Under the pieces are notes generated by a model. That model was not told where the DNA came from and ran no database searches. It saw nothing but the letters and a program-made list of their open reading frames with translations. Source: Opitutales bacterium (GTDB lineage Bacteria; Verrucomicrobiota; Verrucomicrobiia; Opitutales; JABSRG01). From it: DNA of 64,000 bases. Where the stretch lies: NCBI GenBank assembly GCA_049599475.1, contig JBMYOQ010000010.1, forward strand, positions 1 to 64,000. The letters run 5' to 3'. The position numbers and the translations under genes were made by a program. Positions 38,780-47,544 of this stretch are shown piece after piece (the stretch's first letter is position 1; every line of letters starts with the position of its first letter).

Positions 38780-39790
38780 TCAAGATTCGATCAACCGCGC
38801 AAAAATCATGCGACCGCCTGACGTCGGCAGGATGGAATCCACCGAACAATCAACGGTGTTTCCGATAAGTGCAGAGGCATCTGCCACGACTACCATTGAA
38901 CCATCTTTCAAATATCCGATTGCCTGCCCGGAGTCTTTGCCCTCCTTCACTAGATCCACCCTCAGGCCATCACCCACTGCCGTATCTTTCTGAAGAGCAA
39001 GAGCCAGTTCATTGATATTCAGCCAAGAAACTCCCCTCAACTCAGCGATTTTTGCCAGATTATAATCGGTTGTAAGAAGGTGAGCTTTCATGCTGTCGGC
39101 GAGAAAGAGGATCTTTTCCTCGACTTGACTCCCCTTCTCCACAGTGCTGTCAGGAATCGTCAATTCGATGCTCTCATTTTGTCGAATCTGGCCCAAGGCT
39201 TCCAAGCCCCTTCGCCCTCGCTCCTGTCGCTTCAAGTCTTTGGAATCAGAGATTATGTTTAACTCATCGAGAACAAACTGAGGTATGACCAACTTGTATG
39301 TCATCCATCCCGAGTCGCAAATTTTAGCTAATCTGCCATCGATCAGCGCACTCGTATCCACGACAGCAGTCCTCGTCTCAGTCTTTTCCTGAGTAAAACG
39401 CACATAGGGGATGATCAAATTTATTTCGTCCTTTCCGCGAAGCGCGATGACCGTGCACACATAACTGACTCCACAAAAGAGCACTAATCTCACCATGTAG
39501 ACCATCGCACTTAGGTCACGATCGACCTCCAACGGTTCAAAGAACGGTGAAGTGCCGATCAAATACGAAATCAACGCTCCCAAAAGCAACCCCACCGAAG
39601 CGGCTGTAAGACCCCGAATCGAGAAGCCTTTTAGCAGCAGATCCGTAAGCACGACAAGGAAACCCAACAAGCCAGCTACAATAATAACAATCGCGGCCTC
39701 CCAATCTGGGTTGGAATAAGCCACCAAGGCACCCGCCAACATGCTCAATGCGACGAAAATTACTCGAATAGTGAAGAGAGTCCTACGCAT
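38780..39790 (-). CDS. Membrane PIN/TRAM domain protein (YacL-like)
   Basis: N-terminal TMs, VDTSALIDGR, RGRRGLE, TTDYNL, GYLKDGSMVVV, GRMIFA. Confidence 0.9.
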   Translation of the reverse strand: MRRTLFTIRVIFVALSMLAGALVAYSNPDWEAAIVIIVAGLLGFLVVLTDLLLKGFSIRGLTAASVGLLLGALISYLIGTSPFFEPLEVDRDLSAMVYMVRLVLFCGVSYVCTVIALRGKDEINLIIPYVRFTQEKTETRTAVVDTSALIDGRLAKICDSGWMTYKLVIPQFVLDELNIISDSKDLKRQERGRRGLEALGQIRQNESIELTIPDSTVEKGSQVEEKILFLADSMKAHLLTTDYNLAKIAELRGVSWLNINELALALQKDTAVGDGLRVDLVKEGKDSGQAIGYLKDGSMVVVADASALIGNTVDCSVDSILPTSGGRMIFARLIES

Positions 39791-39897
39791 GAATCATAAA
39801 CCGCTTTGCAAACTTGATATCACCTCGCCGAGAGTGAGAAATTATTTTCAAGAGGCAAGCCAAGCATGAGCACGTAAAAAATTCGGGAGACTTAAGT

Positions 39898-41613
39898 TTA
39901 CTGCACCACGATTCTGAATCCCGTAAAAGAGTCAGCTTCGAGTCCACTTACGTCATCGGCGGGCATCTGCACTAGTTTAGAGTATGGATCCTTAGCATTG
40001 CCTCCCACTTTCCAGGCGTTATCCGACAAGGCGTTTTCACTGTCACGCTGGGCCCATTCACTCACATTACCCAAAAGATCGTAGAAGCCCGCACGATTAG
40101 GCTGCATACTCGCTACTTCGCTCAAGGATTTAGACTCTTCGTCTGGCCCGAGCCCTACAGCAATTTCTTCAAGCTTCACAAACCGGAGACTGCCCACCGC
40201 CAGACGAAATTCTTCTCGGGTCGGCAGTCGAACAACGCGTCCCAATACCCACGATAAGCGCTCACAGAATGCCTCTGCCTCGTCATACCTCACACCGTTC
40301 ACAGGCTGTTTGCTTCCAAAAGACAGCGATGGATTGGAACCCATAACCGCACTATACAATTCTTGAGAAATCTCAGTTCTCCCTAGGGAAATATCCGGCT
40401 TACCCGGGAGCGGGAGCAAAGAGTCATAGATAAGGTCCTGTATGAGGCCAAATCTCTCCCGAACAACATTTAGATAGGCGATCTTCAACTCCACAGATTC
40501 GGTGTCGTGCTGATGGCGAGAGTATCTGAGTCGCAGATCTTCCAGGTCTCGATTAATCAGAGAGACCAAATCTTCCCCCTCAGCAGTCCTTCTTGAAGCC
40601 AAAACCATATCTAGCTCGTCGGCCTGGCGAATAATACGCCCATAAAGCTCCGCACTTAGCACAGTCTGTCTCCTCACCTCTAGCCTCAGCACTTCTTCAT
40701 TCGAAGAAAATCCGCTCGTTGGGAAATTCGTGTTTATGTCTCTCTGAATTCTGCGGGCCTCGTCAAAGGCATTTGCGGCTGCCGCCCAGTTTTTCGCTTC
40801 GGCGTATTTCTCCGCAGCTTCCACCAAGGCAACCTTTTCACCGTGCGCCTGAGCAGAACGAAAAGTCACTTCGCGAGCCCTCAACTTGGCCAACCGCACA
40901 ATGCTCGCCCGCTGAGTATTGCGGAATTCTTGATTGAGGCGCTCCTGGGTCTGTATCGCACGCCTCAAGAAGTCTCGAGCCTCCTCCCATTTCCCTTCAC
41001 GAAACGCCTCTTCAGCAGATGCTTCAAAGCCCTTGGACTCCAAATGAAGGGGTTCTGATTCAATAAAGGTGATATCCCTAGCTAATCTTGTCGCTCGCCC
41101 TACATCTACATAAGAGCTCAAAGGGTAATCCCCGTTGATCTTAAGTTGCACAGCGTAGGCTCTTCTCAAGGATCTTTGGGCCTCGAGCAAATCACCTGCT
41201 TCTCGAGAAGCAGAGGCGGCCTTTTCATGCTTCAGCAAATCCTGATTCAAAATTCGCGCCATTCCCTCGTCAAACTGGCGCTGAAGCTCCTGGCGCTTTT
41301 CGACAACCCCACTCAGAAAACCCGTGGAGCGCGACTGAGCCTCATCCAAAAGATCAATCGCTGTTTTCAAAATTTCCAAATCCTCTTTAGCTGGCTGACG
41401 CAGTACCAAAACGTCTCGAAATCGACCTTCCAGTTCTGCACTCTCCTCCATGAGCGCAGTTACATCTGCTGAAGACTCTTCACTCGCATCATAATCGATC
41501 TCATCCAGCGGCTTTGGGCCTAGTTTTGTAAGCATGTAAAATCCAGTCGGGATGCATATAACTACAACCAGAATTAGGATCGGTTTAAAAATTGTCCAAG
41601 GGCTAAGGGCCAT
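39898..41613 (-). CDS. Membrane-anchored helical-repeat protein with C-terminal FGE-sulfatase (SUMF1) domain
   Basis: N-terminal TM; RLPTREEF, PNRAGFYDLLGNVSEW, TGFRIV. Confidence 0.85.
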   Translation of the reverse strand: MALSPWTIFKPILILVVVICIPTGFYMLTKLGPKPLDEIDYDASEESSADVTALMEESAELEGRFRDVLVLRQPAKEDLEILKTAIDLLDEAQSRSTGFLSGVVEKRQELQRQFDEGMARILNQDLLKHEKAASASREAGDLLEAQRSLRRAYAVQLKINGDYPLSSYVDVGRATRLARDITFIESEPLHLESKGFEASAEEAFREGKWEEARDFLRRAIQTQERLNQEFRNTQRASIVRLAKLRAREVTFRSAQAHGEKVALVEAAEKYAEAKNWAAAANAFDEARRIQRDINTNFPTSGFSSNEEVLRLEVRRQTVLSAELYGRIIRQADELDMVLASRRTAEGEDLVSLINRDLEDLRLRYSRHQHDTESVELKIAYLNVVRERFGLIQDLIYDSLLPLPGKPDISLGRTEISQELYSAVMGSNPSLSFGSKQPVNGVRYDEAEAFCERLSWVLGRVVRLPTREEFRLAVGSLRFVKLEEIAVGLGPDEESKSLSEVASMQPNRAGFYDLLGNVSEWAQRDSENALSDNAWKVGGNAKDPYSKLVQMPADDVSGLEADSFTGFRIVVQ

Positions 41614-41762
41614 AATCGGGGTGAGTGAAATGCTGGAAACGCTAATTGCACACCATTAAGGGGCAACAAGATAAAGCTGATGGAGGTATGATGAGGTGCT
41701 TGAGGCTTATCTATATCGGTAAAAGCTCGACAAGCCAAAGAGCAGTTCGTTTCACAAAGAAC

Positions 41763-42635
41763 GTGTTTTCGACTATCGCAATATTAGGACCAGGTCTTCT
41801 CGGAGCATCAGCGGGCATTGCAGCCCAACAAGCTCAAGTATCAAAGAAGATCGTCGCTTGGGCTCGAAAATCCGAGGTCCGCGTCCTTTGCGAAGAATCC
41901 GGATGGTGCGACGCCGTATATTCCGACGCCCAAGAGGCAGTCAAGGATGCAGATCTCGTCATCATTTGCACCCCCGTCCACACCATCCTTCCCATTTATG
42001 AGTCGATCGCTCCAGCCCTCAAACCAGGAGCGATCGTGACCGATGTAGGCAGCACCAAAAGTGTGATTGTAAGACACGCTCGCGCCCATACCCCTGAAGG
42101 CACGTATTTTATTGGATCCCACCCGATGGCTGGTTCCGAGAAGAACGGATTCACCGCCGGTCGGGGGGATCTCTTTCAAAATAGAGCGTGCTTGGTGACT
42201 CCACTCGATACAACTCCCGACGCACAATTAGACAGCGTGGTTCGTTTTTGGAAACGCCTCGGAATGCATGTGCATTCGGTCTCCCCGGAAGATCACGACG
42301 AGATCGTTGCCAATATCTCCCACCTCCCTCACGTGCTCGCATCAGTTCTATGCTCCTACCTCGACACTCGACCGCATAACTGGCGCGATTTCGCAGGAGG
42401 AGGCCTTCGCGACACTACCAGAATCGCAGGGGGCGACCCCGGTTTATGGAGGGAAATTTTAGAACAAAACACTGAAGAAATCCTCCGAGCGATCCACGGG
42501 TTTCAGGAAGAGCTACACACACTCGAGTCGGCACTGCGCAATAAACAACCCGCCTCGATCCTCAACATTCTCCAACGTGGACAAATCTACCGGGCACGCT
42601 TAAACCCTCATACTTCAGATCATGACTCAGCTTAG
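41763..42635 (+). CDS. tyrA: Prephenate/arogenate dehydrogenase
   Basis: GPGLLG, TDVGSTK, HPMAGSE, SHLPH, DTTRIA; GTG start inferred. Confidence 0.92.
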   Translation: MFSTIAILGPGLLGASAGIAAQQAQVSKKIVAWARKSEVRVLCEESGWCDAVYSDAQEAVKDADLVIICTPVHTILPIYESIAPALKPGAIVTDVGSTKSVIVRHARAHTPEGTYFIGSHPMAGSEKNGFTAGRGDLFQNRACLVTPLDTTPDAQLDSVVRFWKRLGMHVHSVSPEDHDEIVANISHLPHVLASVLCSYLDTRPHNWRDFAGGGLRDTTRIAGGDPGLWREILEQNTEEILRAIHGFQEELHTLESALRNKQPASILNILQRGQIYRARLNPHTSDHDSA

Positions 42636-43983
42636 CGACCCACATCCGATCATACCCATTACCAAAGCCCTCTCGGGCTCAGTCACGCTTCCTGGCTCAA
42701 AGAGCATCGCCAATCGCTCCATACTTTTGGCTGCGATGAGCCAACGATCTGTCACGCTGCACGACATGCTGTTCAGCCGCGATACCGAGATCATGCTCAC
42801 GGCATTAGAGCAGCTCGGCTTCGATACGCAGATCGATCGAGACACCCGCAAAGTCACCGTCACTGGCCTGGGCGGAGAGATCCCGGAAGATGAAGCATCG
42901 ATCGACATCGGCAACTCGGGCACATCCGCCCGTATGATTACCGCATTTCTCTGCATCAAGAAGGGCGGCACATACCATCTCGACGGGGACCCACCGATGC
43001 GCAAGCGCCCAATCAAGGGCCTGCTCGATGCGCTCGAAAGCTGTGGTGCGGCCCAAGTCACCTACGAAGGCGAGCACGGGTTTTTCCCATTCACCCTAAA
43101 AACTTTGGGATACCCAGGCGGCACGATCAAGGCCGACGCAAGTGCGAGTAGCCAGATTCTCTCAGCGCTCATGATGGCGGCACCTTTCGCAGAGAAGGAT
43201 ACGACCATCCATATCCTGGGAAACAAAATGCGCACCCCATATGTAGCCATGACGCTCGACATGATGGAGCAATTCGGACAGGCCGGTGCGTGCGATTTCT
43301 CGACCCTCACTTTCAATATCAGCGCGGGCTACCCCTACCCAGAGGCTCCCGCAAACTACGTGGTCGAGCCGGACGCTTCAGCAGCTAGCTACCTCCTGGC
43401 TCTACCCTTAGTCACTGGAGGGCAAATCACCATAAACGGGCTGAGCAATTCTCAACTCCAAGGCGATATCGAATTCGCCGATGTGCTGGAGGCAGTGGGC
43501 GCAGATATCAAGCGCGATGTAAGCGATTGGATCGTCTCACGCCCAAGCGATAATCTTCACGGAGTAACCCAAGATTTCTATCAGTTCAGCGATACCTTTT
43601 TGACACTCGCTGCAATCAGCCCGCTACTCTCAGGGAAGACTCATATTTCTGGAATCGAGCACACTCGAAAACAAGAGACCGACCGCATCCACGCCATGGC
43701 TACGGAACTCAAGAAACTCGGCCAAAAGGTCTCTGAGACCGAAGGTTCGATAACTATTGAACCCGATCTTGAGGCTGCTCGGGCCATCGCACAAAACGGC
43801 CCAATCGAGATAGACACCTACGAAGATCATCGTGTGGCGATGAGTTTCGGAATTCTCGGCTGCTATGATTTGCTCGGACAAGGAAAACCATGGCTTGCCA
43901 TCCGCGACCCTCACTGCTGCAGCAAAACCTTCCCTGATTTCTTCCACGTCATCGAAAACCTGCGCAACGGTCTCGCAGTCTAG
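42622..43983 (+). CDS. aroA: 3-phosphoshikimate 1-carboxyvinyltransferase (EPSP synthase)
   Basis: LPGSKSIANR, GNSGT, SSQ, RKQETDRI, DHRVAM, KTFPDF. Confidence 0.96.
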   Translation: MTQLSDPHPIIPITKALSGSVTLPGSKSIANRSILLAAMSQRSVTLHDMLFSRDTEIMLTALEQLGFDTQIDRDTRKVTVTGLGGEIPEDEASIDIGNSGTSARMITAFLCIKKGGTYHLDGDPPMRKRPIKGLLDALESCGAAQVTYEGEHGFFPFTLKTLGYPGGTIKADASASSQILSALMMAAPFAEKDTTIHILGNKMRTPYVAMTLDMMEQFGQAGACDFSTLTFNISAGYPYPEAPANYVVEPDASAASYLLALPLVTGGQITINGLSNSQLQGDIEFADVLEAVGADIKRDVSDWIVSRPSDNLHGVTQDFYQFSDTFLTLAAISPLLSGKTHISGIEHTRKQETDRIHAMATELKKLGQKVSETEGSITIEPDLEAARAIAQNGPIEIDTYEDHRVAMSFGILGCYDLLGQGKPWLAIRDPHCCSKTFPDFFHVIENLRNGLAV

Positions 43984-44005
43984 AAATTCCCTCCAAAGCA
44001 CACTC

Positions 44006-44662
44006 ATGGAATCCACATTCATTCTGATCACTGTCGACGGAGGCGCCGCAACAGGAAAAAGCACCACATCTCGAGCTGTTTCCGCAAAGCTCAACCTGCT
44101 CCATGTAGATACCGGGGCACATTACCGCACGCTTACTCGACTTCTCCTCGATAAAAATATTTCACCAGAATCCGAAACCCGCGTAGCCGAAAGCCTGAAT
44201 ACGGTATCGCTGGAGACCGTTATCGACGGACGCTCAGCTTTCCTTGCAGTCAATGGGAAGCGCCCTCAAGACGCCGACATCCGGAGTGCTGAAGTAAACG
44301 CGAACGTATCGCTCTTCGCTCAAATGCCTGCTGTCCGGAACAAACTCAAAGAATACCAGCGAAGCCAAAAAGAGCTCGCCGCAGAATCCAATTTTGCAGG
44401 TCTGATCATGGAAGGGCGCGATATTGGCTCAGTTATTTTTCCAGATGCTCCCTTCCGTTTTTTCCTGTCCGCCGACCCGGCGACACGCACCAGCCGCAGA
44501 GCCGCTGAAGGTTTGTCCGATTCCATTCTCGAACGGGATAAAACAGACTCCTCGCGCAAAACCGCGCCTCTCACCTGCCCTGCGGGTGCCGTGGAGATAG
44601 ATACAGGAAGCCTTTCCGTCGAACAAGTGGTCGAAAAAATAAAACAAACTGTCCACGCATGA
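44006..44662 (+). CDS. cmk: Cytidylate kinase
   Basis: DGGAATGKST, DTGAHYR, MEGRDIGSVIFPDA, ERD..DS.R. Confidence 0.93.
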   Translation: MESTFILITVDGGAATGKSTTSRAVSAKLNLLHVDTGAHYRTLTRLLLDKNISPESETRVAESLNTVSLETVIDGRSAFLAVNGKRPQDADIRSAEVNANVSLFAQMPAVRNKLKEYQRSQKELAAESNFAGLIMEGRDIGSVIFPDAPFRFFLSADPATRTSRRAAEGLSDSILERDKTDSSRKTAPLTCPAGAVEIDTGSLSVEQVVEKIKQTVHA

Positions 44663-45276
44663 TCTATTGGATAGTCCAAACACTCTCTAAACTTTTCTTT
44701 AAACTCGGCTTTGGTCTGCGCGCATACGGCGTGGAAAATATTCCCAAAGAAGGCGGCTTCCTATTGGCAGCCAACCATGCCAGCTTCTTCGATCCACCCG
44801 CTATTGGCTGCCCACTTCCGCGGCAAATCTGCTATTTTGCCCGTAAGACTCTCTTCAAAGGATTCTTCGCCTGGCTACTACCTCGCCTCAAAACAATCCC
44901 TGTCGACCGCGATGGCGACTCCGATGTATCCGCGCTCAAACGTGTGTTCAAGGAACTGAAAAATGGCGAAGGCCTTATTCTTTTTCCAGAGGGAACGCGC
45001 ACAGAGGACGGTGAGCTCCAAGAGGCACAACGCGGCGTGGGCATGATCGCCTGCCGCTCCCAAGTGCCCGTAATCCCAGTCAGAATCTATGGGTCATTCG
45101 ATGCATTGAACCGATTTGCAAAAAAACCTTCATGGGGCAAAAAGATAACCGTAGTCTACGGAGAAGCCATGCAACCCGAAGATTACGACCCAGGAAAATC
45201 CGACAAAGAACGCTATCTGACAGCCTCTCAACGGGTTATGCAGAGGATAGCAAAACTCGGAAATCCTAGGACTTAG
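44659..45276 (+). CDS. plsC: 1-acyl-sn-glycerol-3-phosphate acyltransferase
   Basis: NHASFFD, FPEGTR. Confidence 0.9.
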   Translation: MIYWIVQTLSKLFFKLGFGLRAYGVENIPKEGGFLLAANHASFFDPPAIGCPLPRQICYFARKTLFKGFFAWLLPRLKTIPVDRDGDSDVSALKRVFKELKNGEGLILFPEGTRTEDGELQEAQRGVGMIACRSQVPVIPVRIYGSFDALNRFAKKPSWGKKITVVYGEAMQPEDYDPGKSDKERYLTASQRVMQRIAKLGNPRT

Positions 45277-45377
45277 GCATCCATCCAGCTCAAACAGCCC
45301 ACCCAGTGACGCTTCATTAGGAAAAAAGTGTCCTTTACTCAAAGTATACTATCGTGCATAGAAACGGTGATTCCGTT

Positions 45378-45674
45378 ATGACCCAAGATACCCCAACAGG
45401 CGAATACACGCGCACCCTCGAAGTCAAAAATCGAATGGGCATACACGCGCGTCCCGCAGCAATGATCGTACGTGTGGCGAATAATTATGAAGCCGAATTG
45501 TGGGTGGAAAAAGACGGCGAGCAGGTGAATGGCAAGAGCATCATGGGCCTCATGATGCTAGCGGCTGGACAAGGATCTAAGCTCAAATTTATAGCAACAG
45601 GGCACGAGCCTAGCTGTAATTCTCTGCTTGGAGACCTCGAAGACCTCTTCACGAGGAAATTCGACGAAGCGTAG
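45378..45674 (+). CDS. ptsH: HPr phosphocarrier protein
   Basis: GIHARPA (His15), NGKSIMGLMML (Ser46). Confidence 0.93.
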   Translation: MTQDTPTGEYTRTLEVKNRMGIHARPAAMIVRVANNYEAELWVEKDGEQVNGKSIMGLMMLAAGQGSKLKFIATGHEPSCNSLLGDLEDLFTRKFDEA

Positions 45675-45829
45675 AAAGATCTTCCCTGGCGATCTTTCAA
45701 ATCCCAAGCACCAAAACCCAAACTGCTAGAGTACCAGGGCGTTTCCGACTGGGCTCACTCTTATTCGGCAAAAGCCTGGTTGCTAGGGTGGGGTCGAACC
45801 GACTCGATGAACTGATCGACGGCCTAGTT

Positions 45830-47410
45830 CTATAAAGGCCCAGCACCATCGTCTGGATCTGTGACAAACGGCATCAGCATCAAGATCCCAGCCATCGCGA
45901 GATATCCCCAAGTCCACTTGTTGATATTGAGCGAACCCAGATCAAAACTGCTGATCACATCGAACGGCGTGATCGTGTATGCATGAATAAATCCGAGCGC
46001 CGAGAGCACTGCCGCGGACAGAAACCAAATCGCAGCTACCCTGAATTTCCGCTCAATGATGGCTACAGTGGCCGAGGCCAATACGATCGAGCAATAGACA
46101 TAGCCCTGTTCCAGCGCAAACATCCCATCGGCAAAGAAAGTACGGATCTGGACCAACATATCTACGGTTGCCTGGGAGAAAAAGCTATCCTCAGCGGCAA
46201 CACCCGTCACAAATAAAACGTGCTTACTAATCAGCGCGGCAAAGGCAGCTATCCCTGGCATCAAGCCCACAACCACCGCGGGTGCATGCTTATCCGGCGT
46301 AGCATTGAATGCCTGAGTACCCATCATGATACCAATCCAGATCAGAATCGCCATGCCGGCCTCAAGAGGAATCAAATAGATCACCAAGCTCAGCATACCG
46401 GTGAAGCAAATCAGGGTCATTACGATCGCATTCAGAGTCGAATAGCCGGCACGCGCTCCGATAGCTTTCCACCCCGGATGACCAATGTAAATTGTGGTTG
46501 GAAACGGGGATCCGAAGAGAGAGGCCGCGAGTGTGCCCAAGCCGTTGAATGCCAAGGCTGGCCGCGCCTCGTAACTATCGCCAGCCGCTGCAGCAGACTC
46601 AATATTCTGCAGGGACAAGACCAGGTTGATGAAACCCATCGGCACGATCACGGCCAGATAATCAACCATGTAGGGGAGAGATGCAAAAAGGTCCCCAATC
46701 ACAGGCAGCGGCAGATGAAAACCAATTTGCGACGTATCCAACTCTCCAACCGGCGCCACACCGGTCACCCATGCGAGCGCCGTCCCGATAGCCAAAACGA
46801 CGAACCCTGCAGGAAGGCCTCCTTTGAAACGCACACGACCGAAGTAGATCACCATCGTGATCGCGAGCGTCGTCATCCCGACTAGCGGAAAAGCCCACGC
46901 TCGAAACACGAAATCCATTCCGATGAAAAAGATTCCAATAGCCGCCAATGCCGCGAGCAAAGCTGCTCTCGGCGTAAATCTACGAATAGCGTTAATGAAA
47001 AATGCCCCTATAAACTCGATCAACCCGGAGCCAACACAGGCCATCAACCCTGCGTGCCACGCCACAATATCCGCCTCGTCTTTACTCAGCCCCTCACCTA
47101 AAGCCTGCCCCTGAGCGGGCAACATTACCTGAAAGACAAACACAAAGACAGTTAGCAGATTAATGCCATAGGGAATCGCGCACACATCGGTTCGGTTTTC
47201 TCGCTTAGCCAACCGCAGGGCCTCCCGCGCGTAGAAGAGATTCCCGATCACCAAACCGATCGCCGTAGCTGGTAAAATCCTTGAAAAGAATAGGTCTGGA
47301 GAAAACGACAGAACCCCCAAGCAAAGACCACTCATCAATATGAGCATCAACAAGTTATCTAATCCCAAGGCGAAAAAGCCGTCGATATCTCCTCTTACGA
47401 ATCGCTTCAT
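45830..47410 (-). CDS. NCS2/AzgA-like nucleobase permease
   Basis: GDIDGFF..DNL, IESAAAAGD, PTTIYIGHPGWK..GAR.GYS; ~13 TM. Confidence 0.82.
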   Translation of the reverse strand: MKRFVRGDIDGFFALGLDNLLMLILMSGLCLGVLSFSPDLFFSRILPATAIGLVIGNLFYAREALRLAKRENRTDVCAIPYGINLLTVFVFVFQVMLPAQGQALGEGLSKDEADIVAWHAGLMACVGSGLIEFIGAFFINAIRRFTPRAALLAALAAIGIFFIGMDFVFRAWAFPLVGMTTLAITMVIYFGRVRFKGGLPAGFVVLAIGTALAWVTGVAPVGELDTSQIGFHLPLPVIGDLFASLPYMVDYLAVIVPMGFINLVLSLQNIESAAAAGDSYEARPALAFNGLGTLAASLFGSPFPTTIYIGHPGWKAIGARAGYSTLNAIVMTLICFTGMLSLVIYLIPLEAGMAILIWIGIMMGTQAFNATPDKHAPAVVVGLMPGIAAFAALISKHVLFVTGVAAEDSFFSQATVDMLVQIRTFFADGMFALEQGYVYCSIVLASATVAIIERKFRVAAIWFLSAAVLSALGFIHAYTITPFDVISSFDLGSLNINKWTWGYLAMAGILMLMPFVTDPDDGAGPL

Positions 47411-47492
47411 TGTAGTTGCCTTATCAGAGCATTAAGTATGCTCGCCGATAGGGTGTTCTCAAAAGAAGGTTTCAGGTAAACCCCGTGTCAAT

Positions 47493-47509
47493 CTGGAACC
47501 CATTCTGCT
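47493..47509 (+). promoter_or_regulatory. Candidate sigma54 (-24/-12) promoter for the TonB-dependent receptor
   Basis: CTGGAACCCATTCTGCT: TGG-N10-GC spacing, ~35 nt before ATG. Confidence 0.5.
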
Positions 47510-47544
47510 GTCTTCACCCTATTGCTTAATAAACTTCTGACTAT

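Noticed and set aside
38780..39790. PIN toxin of a toxin-antitoxin or defence system
   Set aside because: Membrane PIN-TRAM (YacL-like) architecture is a conserved housekeeping type; no antitoxin adjacent
3209..41613. Diversity-generating retroelement (Avd-like gene plus FGE/C-type-lectin domain protein)
   Set aside because: No reverse transcriptase and no TR/VR repeat pair seen; the two genes are 36 kb apart
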